64,000 bases of DNA, taken from contig OX638340.1 of assembly GCA_951812955.1 (NCBI GenBank), positions 2,944,001-3,008,000 of the forward strand, given 5' to 3'. Position 1 is the stretch's first letter, and the number at the start of each line of letters is the position of its first letter. The notes beneath the pieces were generated by a model, which worked only from the letters and a program-made list of their open reading frames with translations, made no database searches and had not been told where the DNA came from. Of the stretch, positions 1 through 10,018 are shown one piece after another. The position numbers were made by a program, and so were the translations under genes. This stretch comes from an uncultured Gemmatimonadota bacterium. GTDB taxonomy: Bacteria; JAAXHH01.

Positions 1-3000
1 TTCGAAGGCCTCAAAAGTCCAGTCTACGGTGCCTCGCACGAAGGCCTTCAGCGTTTCCTTGTCCACCACGTCCTGCGCACGCACAGCTGGCGGATCCGGA
101 AGCGTGACTTCTGAAACAGCATCGGGGATATCCATGTTGAAGCCGCCTACCAGGATGAAATCACCCACGCCGAACCCGGATGCGTACGAAGTGGCGTAGG
201 CCACGCGGTTGGGATCGTCATTGGGATCGTTCGGATCATCCCAGGTGAATTCGACGAAACCCCCTCCTGAATTGGCCGCCGCGAGGATCTTCTGAACGAC
301 TTTTTCTCCTTTGTCGTCTTCCAGGTCGCTAATGTCAATGCCGTCGCGGGTCGGGTCGTCGCCGTGGAAGAACATCTCGCCTGCAATCGTCAGGACCGAA
401 AGGTACAGGTCTCCTTGTTTCCAATCGCCTTCGGAACGGAACGCGACACCCAGGGCCGGGAGTTCGTTGGCGTCGGTAATGCGTTCCAGGGAATCGGCCA
501 CAGTTTCGACAAATCCCTTCAGCGTCTCGCGGTCTACTACTTCGCTGGCCACGATCGTTGTTTTTTCCTTCACCGTGATCGTCGCCGACCCGATATCCTC
601 TCCCTCGTAAGTGGCCTTAACCACGATGGTCTCATTGGCGCCGTCGATCACATCATCCACCACGTCGAAGGTGAGCGTGGTGGAAGCCGCGGTGGCATTC
701 CTTGGGATAATGACCTCCAGCGTTCCTTCCACGGTGTAGTCATCGGAAGTGGCCGTACCGTCAAGAGACAGGTTGATGATCGTCGCCACCGGCACCGGGT
801 CATCGGTCAGCGTGGCAGTTACCGTCACTTCCTGGCCGTCACGGCCTTCGACTACGGATTCCGGATCCACGGCCAGCGTGATCTCCGGTACGTCGTCCAC
901 AGGTCTTCGGTAGAAGCCTGCGCCTACGACGAAGGTCTGCCCGGGATAATAATGCGGGAATTCAACCGTTTCGGCATAACTCACCTTGGGCGAACCCAGC
1001 TCTTCATCACCCATAACCGAAGGATCGTCATAGAAGTACTCGACAAAACCACCACCTGCTACCGCGGTATTTATGAGATCTTCGATAAAGCGCTTGCCGT
1101 TCAGGTCTTCGAGATCGATCCGGATCGCACCTTCCTGCGTCATGTCCGCCCCGTGAAAGAACACGTACCCATTCGTTGTAAGAATAAACAGGTAGATGGA
1201 GCCTTCTCTAAATGGTCCGTCTTCTTGCCTCAAAACGGCTGTCAGTGTCCCGGCCTCGACACCATGCGTCTCGAAAGCGGTAAAGGACCATTCGATCGCG
1301 CTTTTCACGAAAGCCTTAAGACTCTCCTTGTCCACCACGTCCCGTGCCTGGACAGCGGGCAAATCGGGCAGCATACCCTCTTCCGGATCGGGAATGTCCA
1401 TGTTGAAGCCGCCCACCAGGATGAAATCACCCGACCCAACAAAACCGGATGTATATCGGACCGCGTAAGCCAGCCGGTTCGGATCATCATTGGGATCATT
1501 CGGATCATCCCAGGCAAAATCTACGAACGCTCCCTCGGCGTCCGCTGAGATGATATCCTGAACTACTTTATTGGCGTTGTCGTCTTCCACATCGCTTATA
1601 TCGAACCCGTCCCGGGTGGGATCGTCACCGTGGAAAATCAATACGCCTTCAGGGGTGAGCACCGAAAGGTACAGGTCTTCATGTTTCCAATCGCCTTCTT
1701 CTCGGAGGACACCCCACAATCGAGGGACCTCGTTGATATCGGTAACCCGTTCGAGAGAATCCGCCACCATGTCGACGAATGCCTTCAATGTCACATCATC
1801 CTCCACGTCAGCGGCCGTAATACGTCCAGTAGCGTCAAGAATCGACAGCGTGTCGGCCGCCACTTCCTCCAGGTCGTGGTTGGCAGTGACGATGATGGTT
1901 TCGCCGTCCGCTTCCGCTACTTCGTTGTCCGCCACGTCGAACGTCAGTTCCGTGGTCCCTTCCGTCATCTCGGCGGGTATCGTGACGACCATCTCGCCGG
2001 TTACTGTGTAGTCGGTGTTCTCCACGGCCGTGCCCGACAGGGTCAGCGGCATTCGAACCGATACGGGCAATGCACCATCGGCCCGGGTTTGCGTAGCCGT
2101 CACGGTCACGGTCGCGGTCTCGCCCTCGGTCAACACATCGGGGTCTGCGGCCAGCTCGATCGTACCCACATGATCTTCAAGTTCGTCGAAGTATAAACCG
2201 GAGCCAATGATGTAATCGTTGCCATGAAACACAAACTCTTCGGCGTAGCTCAACTTCGGCGAACCGGTATCTTCGTCTCCCATGACATCCGGATCGTCAT
2301 AGTGATATTCGACAAAACCGCCACCTGCCTGTGCCGCGGCGATGAGATCCTGGATGAAGTACTTCCCGTTTACGTCCTGTTCATCCCATGCAGACATGTT
2401 CTGCAGGCTGGCGTTGGCTCCATGGAAGAACCAGTCTCCCTCGGTGGTCAAAACGAACAGGTAGGTGTGTTCGTGCCTCCAGGGGCTGCCTTCCTGCCTG
2501 AAAATATCCAGGTTCGCTGACAAGATGTCGAAACCGTATTGTTCGAGGGCTGTCTGGTAAGTGGTGATGGATCCCTCTACGAACTTTACGAGGGTACCCC
2601 GGTCCATCACCTCGGAAGCCGTGACCTCCGGGTGGGGAAGCTCATCCGGATTTATCGTGGGTGTGGGAGGGCTCGAACCGGAAAGATTCTGGCGGAATCC
2701 GCCGACCATGATCACCTTCTGTCCGGTTATACCTGAAGTGTAGCTCACGGCATAGGCAGTTTTAGCGGTATCTTCGTCCCCCTGCTCGTCCGGATCATCC
2801 CAGTAGTAATCGACGAAGTCGCCACCCTCCACGTCCGCGGCCGTTAAGAGCGCTTGCACCACCTTTGTGCCCATCGCATCTTCGACATCAGAGATATTTG
2901 CTGTATTTACCGAGTGGTCATTGGCATGAAGCCATACAATACCGCCCGGCAAAAGGATGATGAGGAAGGTGGTGCCGTCATTCCAGTCTTCCTCGTCGCT

Positions 3001-3240
3001 GATTTTGTGGATCCATCCGCTGATATCGTTCGGATTGGTAACCGCTTCCGCATCGGCCTTCGCATACAGCACGAACTGCTTGAGGGTCGCGTCGTCCATT
3101 ACCTGGCCGGCCGTAATCGGTTCGACCTGGGCAGCAGCCGGCCCTGCTCCAATGAGTAGGCTTACCACACCCATCATTACCCCTAAAACCAGAGTTGATA
3201 ACATCAATCTATCAGAAATAGAGGAACTCATAATTGGCAT
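1..3240 (-). CDS. Secreted multi-repeat protein (5' partial; continues beyond window start): signal peptide followed by tandem sCache_2-like sensor domains and Calx-beta-like domains
   Basis: My own reverse-strand translation gives ATG at 3240 (MPIMSSSISDRLMLSTLVLGVMMGVVSLLIGAGPAAAQ, signal-peptide-like). An internal segment I translated at ~1000-1200 reads YLFILTTNGYVFFHGADMTQEGAIRIDLEDLNGKRFIEDLINTAVAGGGFVEYFYDDP, which matches the sCache_2 consensus (GGGFVeYxWpkP...pKlsY). The + strand ORFs are only mutually similar shadows. The gene is absent from the ORF track because no stop lies in the window. Confidence 0.7.
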   Translation of the reverse strand, partial: MPIMSSSISDRLMLSTLVLGVMMGVVSLLIGAGPAAAQVEPITAGQVMDDATLKQFVLYAKADAEAVTNPNDISGWIHKISDEEDWNDGTTFLIILLPGGIVWLHANDHSVNTANISDVEDAMGTKVVQALLTAADVEGGDFVDYYWDDPDEQGDEDTAKTAYAVSYTSGITGQKVIMVGGFRQNLSGSSPPTPTINPDELPHPEVTASEVMDRGTLVKFVEGSITTYQTALEQYGFDILSANLDIFRQEGSPWRHEHTYLFVLTTEGDWFFHGANASLQNMSAWDEQDVNGKYFIQDLIAAAQAGGGFVEYHYDDPDVMGDEDTGSPKLSYAEEFVFHGNDYIIGSGLYFDELEDHVGTIELAADPDVLTEGETATVTVTATQTRADGALPVSVRMPLTLSGTAVENTDYTVTGEMVVTIPAEMTEGTTELTFDVADNEVAEADGETIIVTANHDLEEVAADTLSILDATGRITAADVEDDVTLKAFVDMVADSLERVTDINEVPRLWGVLREEGDWKHEDLYLSVLTPEGVLIFHGDDPTRDGFDISDVEDDNANKVVQDIISADAEGAFVDFAWDDPNDPNDDPNRLAYAVRYTSGFVGSGDFILVGGFNMDIPDPEEGMLPDLPAVQARDVVDKESLKAFVKSAIEWSFTAFETHGVEAGTLTAVLRQEDGPFREGSIYLFILTTNGYVFFHGADMTQEGAIRIDLEDLNGKRFIEDLINTAVAGGGFVEYFYDDPSVMGDEELGSPKVSYAETVEFPHYYPGQTFVVGAGFYRRPVDDVPEITLAVDPESVVEGRDGQEVTVTATLTDDPVPVATIINLSLDGTATSDDYTVEGTLEVIIPRNATAASTTLTFDVVDDVIDGANETIVVKATYEGEDIGSATITVKEKTTIVASEVVDRETLKGFVETVADSLERITDANELPALGVAFRSEGDWKQGDLYLSVLTIAGEMFFHGDDPTRDGIDISDLEDDKGEKVVQKILAAANSGGGFVEFTWDDPNDPNDDPNRVAYATSYASGFGVGDFILVGGFNMDIPDAVSEVTLPDPPAVRAQDVVDKETLKAFVRGTVDWTFEAFE
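300..3100. repeat. Intragenic tandem DNA repeat, period ~1266 bp (about 2.2 copies in window), inside the Cache/Calx gene
   Basis: Shadow ORFs 311..610 and 1571..2011 (+) share SSSRSLMSMPSRVGSSPWK / SSSTSLISNPSRVGSSPWK at an offset of exactly 1266 nt. ORFs 364.. and 1630.. are likewise offset by 1266. A third weaker copy lies near 3037 (offset ~1296). Confidence 0.75.
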
Positions 3241-3396
3241 CTCCCATCTTTGGATGGAATTTAAGATTCGAAAGTACGATTAAAGTCTGGTTTATGTAGC
3301 AATTGCAGTATGAAATTTCACTTTCTTTCTACGTCAAGTCAAAGTTCGACCTTCATTCAGATTCCATTAGATAGAAATGTAATTTTAATAACTGCT

Positions 3397-4798
3397 TCAA
3401 TCAGGTAACGCCTCGTTGCCGAACCGCTCGATGGCATCCAGGGTCTCCAGGACATCGTCCCATGAAGTGGTGTAGTTTACAATACAGAGTCTCAACGAGA
3501 ACTTCTCCCAGAGATTGGTAGAGGATATGAACGCACGGTCTTCCCAGAAGATGCGGACGAGGACCTTCTTGTTGATTGCGTCCAGGGCGGACTCGTCGAG
3601 GTCTGCATGACCGGGATTGACGCGGAAGCATACGATGCCCAGCGACCCTGGTAACAACATCTCCAAGGTATTGCTGTTCCTGATGTAATCCTCAGCTTGG
3701 GCAGCCAGTTCAAGTCCTTTGGAAACGGCTCGACGGAAGGCCGCCATGCCGAAGATCTGCACGGACATCCAAATCTTCAATGCCCGTACGGACCTGCTGA
3801 GTTGCAGACCTCGGTCGGAGAAATTCGGATGATTCGCCCCCCACACCGTGTCCTGCAGGATATCGTGCCGCACCGCGAAGGCGCGCTCCAGCGTACCGAG
3901 GTCCTTTACCATCAGGCACCCGGCTTCGTATGGCTGGTAAAACAACTTATGCGCGTCCAGGCCGATCGAATCGGCGCGCCCGATGCCTCGCAGAAGAGGT
4001 TTCCCCCGTTCGGTAATGACCGCGAAACCGCCGTAGGCGGCGTCGACGTGGAACCAGATGCCTTCCGCTTCGCATAGATCCGCCATCGTTTCAAGCGGGT
4101 CGATCGCGCCCGTGCTGCTCGCTCCGGCGTTGGCGCATACGGCGACCGGTTTATACCCTGCCGATCGATCCTGTTCTATCGCGTGCTTCAGCGCTTCCGA
4201 ATCAAGACGGTAGCGCGCGTCGGTCTGTATCAGCCGTGCGTTCTCGTCGGGAATGCCGATGATCCTGGCTGCCCGGACCAGTGCGCTGTGACTCTGGTCG
4301 CTCATGTACACGGTAGCGTTGTCGGGATTGCCTGCCGCTTCCCGCGCCGCGACCAGGGCTTCCAGACTGGCCGCAGATCCCCCGCTTGTCATGAGCCCTC
4401 CCGCGGTCTCCGGGTATTCAAGCCATCGCCTGAACCAGTCGATAACGACCAGTTCCATCTGGCTGGCCCCGCTAGAGGTCAACCAGGTGCACTGGTTCAC
4501 CTGGTGCGCGGACACCATGAAGTCGGCGAAGCACCCCGGGCCAGGTCGGCGAAGACGGCATGAACGCAAAAAAACGGGGATGGTCGTTACGGGCGCCGAG
4601 GGGCAGGATCTCCTTCGCCGCCCTTTCAAGGACCTCCGTCGCGGAGCTTCCCTGTTCGGGCGGTTCCTCCATGAGCTGGTCTTCGAGCTCCTTCTTGAAT
4701 TCACCGTCCCAGGCATGTTCTTCAGGGAGCTTCTTGATGCGTTCAACGATCAACTCCGCCGTCTTGTTGGCGAGTTCAAGCATGGTCTCGGGCGACAT
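3397..4798 (-). pseudogene. PLP-dependent group II amino-acid decarboxylase (aromatic-L-amino-acid/tyrosine decarboxylase-like), interrupted by a frameshift near 4530-4545
   Basis: The N-terminal part lies in ORF 4472..5029 (MSPETMLELANK...NDHPRFFAFMPSSPTWPGVL). The rest lies in the +1 frame of ORF 3397..4746 (..ADFMVSAHQVNQCTWLTSSGASQMELVVIDWF... DAHKLFYQPYEAG, which carries the PLP lysine). The frame switch falls at a CCCCGGG run. Confidence 0.6.
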
Positions 4799-5012
4799 CT
4801 GAAGGTCGCCGTTCGATTCAGCGGAAGTGCCTGTGCCATGCCCGCAGCCGGGTTTGGACGGATCGTGTGGAACGGCTATTTTGCCAGGATCGGATCGCAC
4901 GACGATAAATACCCGGGGATTTAGTGAAGCTGGTGTGAAGGTGTTAAAGGGTTGGTAAATCCAAGTATATATATACGAATTCTTGCCAAATAAAACATTT
5001 AAATATCTGTAC

Positions 5013-6260
5013 TTATTCCCACGAATCAAGGTACTCCTTCTGATCCGATGTCATCTTGTCACACGACAAGCCCATGCTTTCGAGTTTCATACCCGCGATA
5101 TCCCTGTCAATTTCTTCGGGAAGCACGTGAATACCCGGGGTCAGATCCTCGTGGCGTTTTACCAGGAACTCGGCGGCAAGCGCCTGGTTGGCGAAGGAAA
5201 GGTCCATCACGGCCGCCGGATGTCCCTCGCCCGCAACGAGATTGACCAAGCGTCCCTCTCCGAGAACGTGCAGTCTCCGGTTGTTTTCGAGCGTGTACTC
5301 CTCGACAAAAGGCCTTGCGGGACGTCGTGCTACCGCCAACTCGTCAAGTGCTTCCAGGTCGATCTCCACGTCGAAATGACCGGCGTTGGCCAGTACCGCG
5401 CCATCTTTCATGGCGGCCAGGTGGTCGCGGTTCACGACGCTTCGATTACCCGTCACGGTAATGAACAGGTCGCCCACTACGGCTGCTTCTTCCATCGGCA
5501 TGACGCGATATCCTTCCATGGCCGCTTCCAGCGCCGGAACGGGATCCACTTCCGTAATGACAACATGCCCACCCAGGCCCCGCACCCGCGAAGCCACGCC
5601 GCGGCCGCACCAGCCGTACCCGCACACCACAACGGTTTTGCCTGCAATCAGAAGGTTTGTTGCCCGTATGACACCGTCCAGCGCGCTCTGTCCCGTTCCA
5701 AAGCGGTTGTCGAACAGGTGCTTGGTTCTTGAATCGTTGACCGCAATCACCGGAAAGGTCAACGCTCCTTCGCGCGCCATGCTTCGCAATCGGCTTATTC
5801 CCGTCGTGGTCTCTTCCGTTCCTCCAATAACCCGTTCCAAGTGCTGTCGGTGACTAAGGTGTGCGGTCGTTACCAGGTCCGCCCCGTCGTCGAGCAGTAT
5901 ATCCGGTTTCGCCTCCAGCACGGTGTGCAGGTGTCTTCTGAAGGTGTCGGCGTCTTCACCCCTTTTTGCGAAAACTGGAATCTCGTGGTGCACGACCAGA
6001 CTGGCCGCTACATCGTCCTGGGTGCTCAGGGGATTGGAAGCGCATACGATCGGTTCCGCTCCACCCGCCTTTATCGCGGTGACCAGATTCGCCGTCTTGG
6101 TCGATATGTGCAGGCACACGCCTATACGCAGGTCTTCGAAAGGCTTTTCATGACAAAAACGGTCTTTAATGGACTGCAACACCGGCATCTGCCGGGCATC
6201 CCACTCCATTCGCGTTGCGCCGGCTTCAGCAAGATTCGGATCGCGGATATCAGGTTTCAT
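5013..6260 (-). CDS. ahcY: Adenosylhomocysteinase (S-adenosyl-L-homocysteine hydrolase)
   Basis: 415 aa; NAD-binding VVCGYGWCGRGVA motif and typical AhcY blocks are conserved across the full length. Confidence 0.92.
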   Translation of the reverse strand: MKPDIRDPNLAEAGATRMEWDARQMPVLQSIKDRFCHEKPFEDLRIGVCLHISTKTANLVTAIKAGGAEPIVCASNPLSTQDDVAASLVVHHEIPVFAKRGEDADTFRRHLHTVLEAKPDILLDDGADLVTTAHLSHRQHLERVIGGTEETTTGISRLRSMAREGALTFPVIAVNDSRTKHLFDNRFGTGQSALDGVIRATNLLIAGKTVVVCGYGWCGRGVASRVRGLGGHVVITEVDPVPALEAAMEGYRVMPMEEAAVVGDLFITVTGNRSVVNRDHLAAMKDGAVLANAGHFDVEIDLEALDELAVARRPARPFVEEYTLENNRRLHVLGEGRLVNLVAGEGHPAAVMDLSFANQALAAEFLVKRHEDLTPGIHVLPEEIDRDIAGMKLESMGLSCDKMTSDQKEYLDSWE

Positions 6261-6594
6261 GTTTTGGTTTCGTTATGGGTTGGTCAGCGATTGCCGCCGC
6301 ACGCAACCGCACCCACAAATCATGAAGTCGAGCGTATGGAAAAGTGTTACAACGGTTTAGGGAATATATGACTTCTGTTTTGAAACGCGTCAAGGTATAT
6401 GCAGCGGGTTGTAACGCTGGACCAGTTCCGCTCGGTGAATCAGAGATGCACACGCTTAAATGAATACCTTATATGATCTTGACATCCCCGGGCTGCGACG
6501 ACTAACATGGTGGGGCAAATGCTCAGGTTAAATTACTGATTTTCCGGGTCTTACACTGACCGCTCTTCCAGCCCTCCGATAGTTCGGACACCCC

Positions 6595-7938
6595 ATGCTC
6601 GACCTCTCCAGAAAACGCATCAACCGCACCATCCTAACCCTTGCGTGGCCGGCCATTCTGGAAAACCTGATGCACACGTCGGTCTATATCGTCGACAGCA
6701 TCTTCATCGGCTCCCTGGGCACGCTGGCCTTCGCCGCCGTCGGCCAGAGTTCCATGATCCTCTTTACCGTGGTTTTCGTGTTCTACGGGGTCGGGGTGGC
6801 CACGGGCGCCGTCGTGGCGAGGAACCTGGGCCGCAACGACAAGAAGACCGCCGCCGAAGCCGCCGGGCAGGGGATCATTCTGGGCACGACCATCGGGCTC
6901 ATGGTGGCATCGCTGGGGTTGATGTTCGGCGAGGACCTGATGGTGTTTCTGGGGACCGAGCCCGACGTCGTTGCGCGGGCCCAGGAGTACATGCCCATCG
7001 TCTTCGCCTTCAGCGTGCTGAGATTGTTCATCTACACCAGCAGCGGCATCCTGCGGGCGGCCGGCGACACCAAGACGCCCATGTGGATCACGGGCATCAT
7101 GAACATATACAACATTCTCGCAGACTGGGTGCTGATCTTCGGAATCGGACCCTTCCCGGAACTGGGCATTACCGGCGCGGCCCTGGCTACGGGTACGGCC
7201 TATGCGCTGGGCGCCGCTTTGCTGGTATTCAAGCTGTTTCGCCGTCACGCGAAATTCAGGCTGCAGGGCAGCGACCTGGGGCGGATCAGACCGGATCAAA
7301 TGCGGACCATCTTTCGGATCGCCGTACCGAATCTCGGGGAACAGATGGTCATGCAAAGCGCTTATTTCTCGTTCATGTGGATCGTGACCAGCCTGGGCAC
7401 GACGGCCCTGACCGCGCATTTCATGACCATACGGGTGGAGATGGTGTCCTTCATGCCCGTATTCGGGCTTTCCATGGCCGTGGCCACCGTGGTCGGTCAA
7501 AGCCTGGGGGCGGAACGCCCGGAGATCGCGGAGCTCGCCGTGAAGAAAGCCGCTCGAATCGGCCTGCTCGCCATGAGTGCGCTCGGTCTCGTCTTCGTCG
7601 CCGTACCCGGTCTGCTCGTAGGTATCTACAGTCCGTCGCCGGAAGTGTATGAACTGGCCGTGCTCTGCGTGCGTATCGCCGCCCTCGAATTGCCGACATC
7701 GGCCCTGCTGATGATCTACACCGGCGCCATGCGAGGCGCGGGAGACACCGTGAGCCCCATGCTGATCAGCATCTTCGGGGCGATCTTCCTGCGGATCGGC
7801 ATGATGTACGTGTTGGTGATCGAGCTGGGATTGGGATTGCCGGGGGTATGGTACGGTACGGCGCTTGACTGGGGCATCCGCCTGGTGATCGCCTGGTTCC
7901 TTTTCCGTAGGGGACGCTGGAAAAGGATCGCGATCTAG
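6595..7938 (+). CDS. MATE family multidrug/sodium efflux transporter
   Basis: 447 aa with 12 TM segments. The N-terminal LAWPAILENLM.. block is typical of NorM/DinF-type MATE transporters. Confidence 0.85.
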   Translation: MLDLSRKRINRTILTLAWPAILENLMHTSVYIVDSIFIGSLGTLAFAAVGQSSMILFTVVFVFYGVGVATGAVVARNLGRNDKKTAAEAAGQGIILGTTIGLMVASLGLMFGEDLMVFLGTEPDVVARAQEYMPIVFAFSVLRLFIYTSSGILRAAGDTKTPMWITGIMNIYNILADWVLIFGIGPFPELGITGAALATGTAYALGAALLVFKLFRRHAKFRLQGSDLGRIRPDQMRTIFRIAVPNLGEQMVMQSAYFSFMWIVTSLGTTALTAHFMTIRVEMVSFMPVFGLSMAVATVVGQSLGAERPEIAELAVKKAARIGLLAMSALGLVFVAVPGLLVGIYSPSPEVYELAVLCVRIAALELPTSALLMIYTGAMRGAGDTVSPMLISIFGAIFLRIGMMYVLVIELGLGLPGVWYGTALDWGIRLVIAWFLFRRGRWKRIAI

Positions 7939-8068
7939 TGGGCAGATCCCTGCCCGTATACGGTTTGACAGCGAGCAAGCGGGCGACTACCATTAGATGC
8001 CCGCTTGCCTGTCAACTAGATGTCCGATTGCCTGTCGACGCATGGCGTTTCCGGGAGATTCGTATCAA

Positions 8069-8512
8069 ATGAGAGTCGTATTACAGCGCGTCTCGAGCGC
8101 TTCGGTCACGATCGATGGCGCCGTAACCGGAGAAATCGGTCCCGGTCTCGTGCTGCTCCTCGGCATTGCCAGGGATGATGGGCCGGAGGACGTGGAGTAC
8201 GTCGTAAGCAAGTGTGTCGGACTGAGGATCTTCGGAGACGATCAGGGAAAGATGAATCGATCCCTGTTAGACGCGGGGGGCGAGGTACTGGCGATTTCGC
8301 AGTTTACTTTGTTCGGTGATACCCGCAAGGGTCGCAGGCCCAGTTTCGATGGCGCCGCGCCTCCGGAACACGCCGAACCGCTGTACGAACTGGCCGTTGA
8401 ACGCCTCAGGGAACATGGCCTACGGGTCGCTACCGGCCGTTTCGGCGCCTACATGGAAGTGTCGCTGGTCAACGACGGACCCGTGACCTTAACCGTCGAG
8501 TCCCGCCGATGA
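8069..8512 (+). CDS. dtd: D-aminoacyl-tRNA deacylase (D-Tyr-tRNA(Tyr) deacylase)
   Basis: [17 protein letters not shown]...[17 protein letters not shown] matches Dtd signature motifs. The start was chosen at the internal ATG (aa 25 of ORF 7997..8512). Confidence 0.88.
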   Translation: MRVVLQRVSSASVTIDGAVTGEIGPGLVLLLGIARDDGPEDVEYVVSKCVGLRIFGDDQGKMNRSLLDAGGEVLAISQFTLFGDTRKGRRPSFDGAAPPEHAEPLYELAVERLREHGLRVATGRFGAYMEVSLVNDGPVTLTVESRR

Positions 8513-9108
8513 AGCAGATCGTCCTGGCCTCCTCCTCACCCAGGCGGTCCGCCCTGCTCAGGCAGATTGGGATGACTTTCGAAGTGGTGCCGCCGGATGT
8601 CGACGAATCCCGGTTTTCCTTTGACGACGACCCTCCTGGCACGGTGGAAAGACTTGCCCTGGAGAAGGCTCGCAGCACGGCCCGCAGGGTCGACGCCCGT
8701 GGCCGCCTGGTGCTTGGCGCGGACACGGTGGTCCTATTCGAAGGCCAGGTGCTCGGAAAGCCGGTGGACGCGGATGATGCGTTCAGCATGCTGGGCAGGC
8801 TGACCGGCCGCACCCACCGGGTCCTGACCGGGTTTGCCCTGCTCGAGCCCGAAACGACGCGTTCCGTGACGGCGCACGAGTGGACGACCGTCTACATGCG
8901 TGACTGCACCCACCAGGATATTCGCGCATACGTGGATACCGGCGAGCCCCTGGACAAAGCGGGTTCCTATGGCGCCAACGCGCTGGGCGCCGGACTGATT
9001 ACCCGGGTCGAAGGCTGTTTCTATAACGTGATCGGCCTTCCCCTTTCCCGGCTGCTGATTGCGCTTGAAACCTTCGACGGCGCCGCGGCCGGCCGAAGGA
9101 CGGAATAA
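8509..9108 (+). CDS. maf: Maf-like nucleoside triphosphate pyrophosphatase (septum formation protein Maf)
   Basis: [17 protein letters not shown]... is the Maf N-terminal signature. A 4-nt overlap with dtd suggests translational coupling. Confidence 0.88.
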   Translation: MKQIVLASSSPRRSALLRQIGMTFEVVPPDVDESRFSFDDDPPGTVERLALEKARSTARRVDARGRLVLGADTVVLFEGQVLGKPVDADDAFSMLGRLTGRTHRVLTGFALLEPETTRSVTAHEWTTVYMRDCTHQDIRAYVDTGEPLDKAGSYGANALGAGLITRVEGCFYNVIGLPLSRLLIALETFDGAAAGRRTE

Positions 9109-9116
9109 CCTCGCCC

Positions 9117-9635
9117 ATGGCCGATTTCCGAGGACATGTATGGGGAGGCCTGGTAGCCACGCTCCTTTCTCTGGCGCTCTGTGTCGCCGGACTGTGGTGG
9201 ACGGAACTTCTCGGTCCCTACCTGACCCTGGAAGTTTGGCCCAGGGTGCTTCTGCTGCTTTCGATCGGATTGTTGTCGGCCTGTTTTCCGGACGTGGATA
9301 CCGAGAGCAAATCGCAGCGGCTGTTCTACCGTCTGTTGATTCTGCTCGATATCTGGTTTATCTTGATCGGGGACTACCGGACAGCGGCCCTGCTGGGTCT
9401 CGGCGCCATGCTTCCGCTGCTCGGCAAGCACAGGGGGTGGACCCATACCTGGCTGGCCATGTTGCTGGTGCCCGCGCTGTTCCTGCTCGTCCCCATGTAT
9501 CTGAGAGGAACTGTTGAGTCCTTTCCGATAGTCTGTTACGTTGTATCGGTTTCGGCCTATGCCAGCCACCTGGTGCTCGATGGATATATCGAACACACGG
9601 GCAGGCGTATCCGCCGCCTGGTCGGGGCAAACTGA
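9117..9635 (+). CDS. Membrane-bound metal-dependent hydrolase, YdjM/DUF457 family
   Basis: 172 aa polytopic membrane protein with an HRGWTH motif. Confidence 0.55.
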   Translation: MADFRGHVWGGLVATLLSLALCVAGLWWTELLGPYLTLEVWPRVLLLLSIGLLSACFPDVDTESKSQRLFYRLLILLDIWFILIGDYRTAALLGLGAMLPLLGKHRGWTHTWLAMLLVPALFLLVPMYLRGTVESFPIVCYVVSVSAYASHLVLDGYIEHTGRRIRRLVGAN

Positions 9636-9664
9636 ACTGCGGTTGAAGTCATCCTGGAGGAATC

Positions 9665-9958
9665 ATGAAAAGCGCACTGGAAATCGCCATGGAAAAGACC
9701 GCCGGCGCACAGGAAGGCGGCAAGTTGACGGACGAGCAACGTACCGGGATCGCCGACCTGGAAAAGGAATACCAGGCCAAGATCGCGGAACAGGAGATCA
9801 TGAACGAATCGAAAATCAAGGCGTTGGCGGTTCAGACGCAGGGTCCCGAGTTTCAGGAGCAGGTACACGCCCTGCGGGAACAGTTGGTCCAGGAGCGGGA
9901 ACGTCTGGAAGAGGAAAAGAAGGCGAAAATACAGGCGGTTCGCGACCAGGCCTCCTAG
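9665..9958 (+). CDS. Small hypothetical coiled-coil protein
   Basis: 97 aa. A GGAGG sequence lies 7 nt upstream of the ATG. Composition is charged and helical (EQ-rich). Confidence 0.5.
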   Translation: MKSALEIAMEKTAGAQEGGKLTDEQRTGIADLEKEYQAKIAEQEIMNESKIKALAVQTQGPEFQEQVHALREQLVQERERLEEEKKAKIQAVRDQAS

Positions 9959-10018
9959 GATTACCTCTCCCGGTACCGGGTGTTCTACGCACTCAACATG
10001 CGCATCGGAGAATTTGAC

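Noticed and set aside
364-2520. Large + strand ORFs (364..1548, 1630..2196, 2224..2520 etc.) in the first 3.2 kb
   Set aside because: They have arbitrary R/H-rich composition and mirror each other only because of the DNA repeat. The minus strand gives a coherent signal peptide and Cache-domain protein. They are shadow ORFs.
6261-6594. Possible SAH riboswitch in the ahcY 5' leader
   Set aside because: I read the minus-strand leader and found only a generic hairpin (CAGCG-UUACAACC-CGCUG) and an 8-bp long-range complement. I could not recognise the conserved SAH-element core. Needs an Rfam RF01057 scan to be sure.
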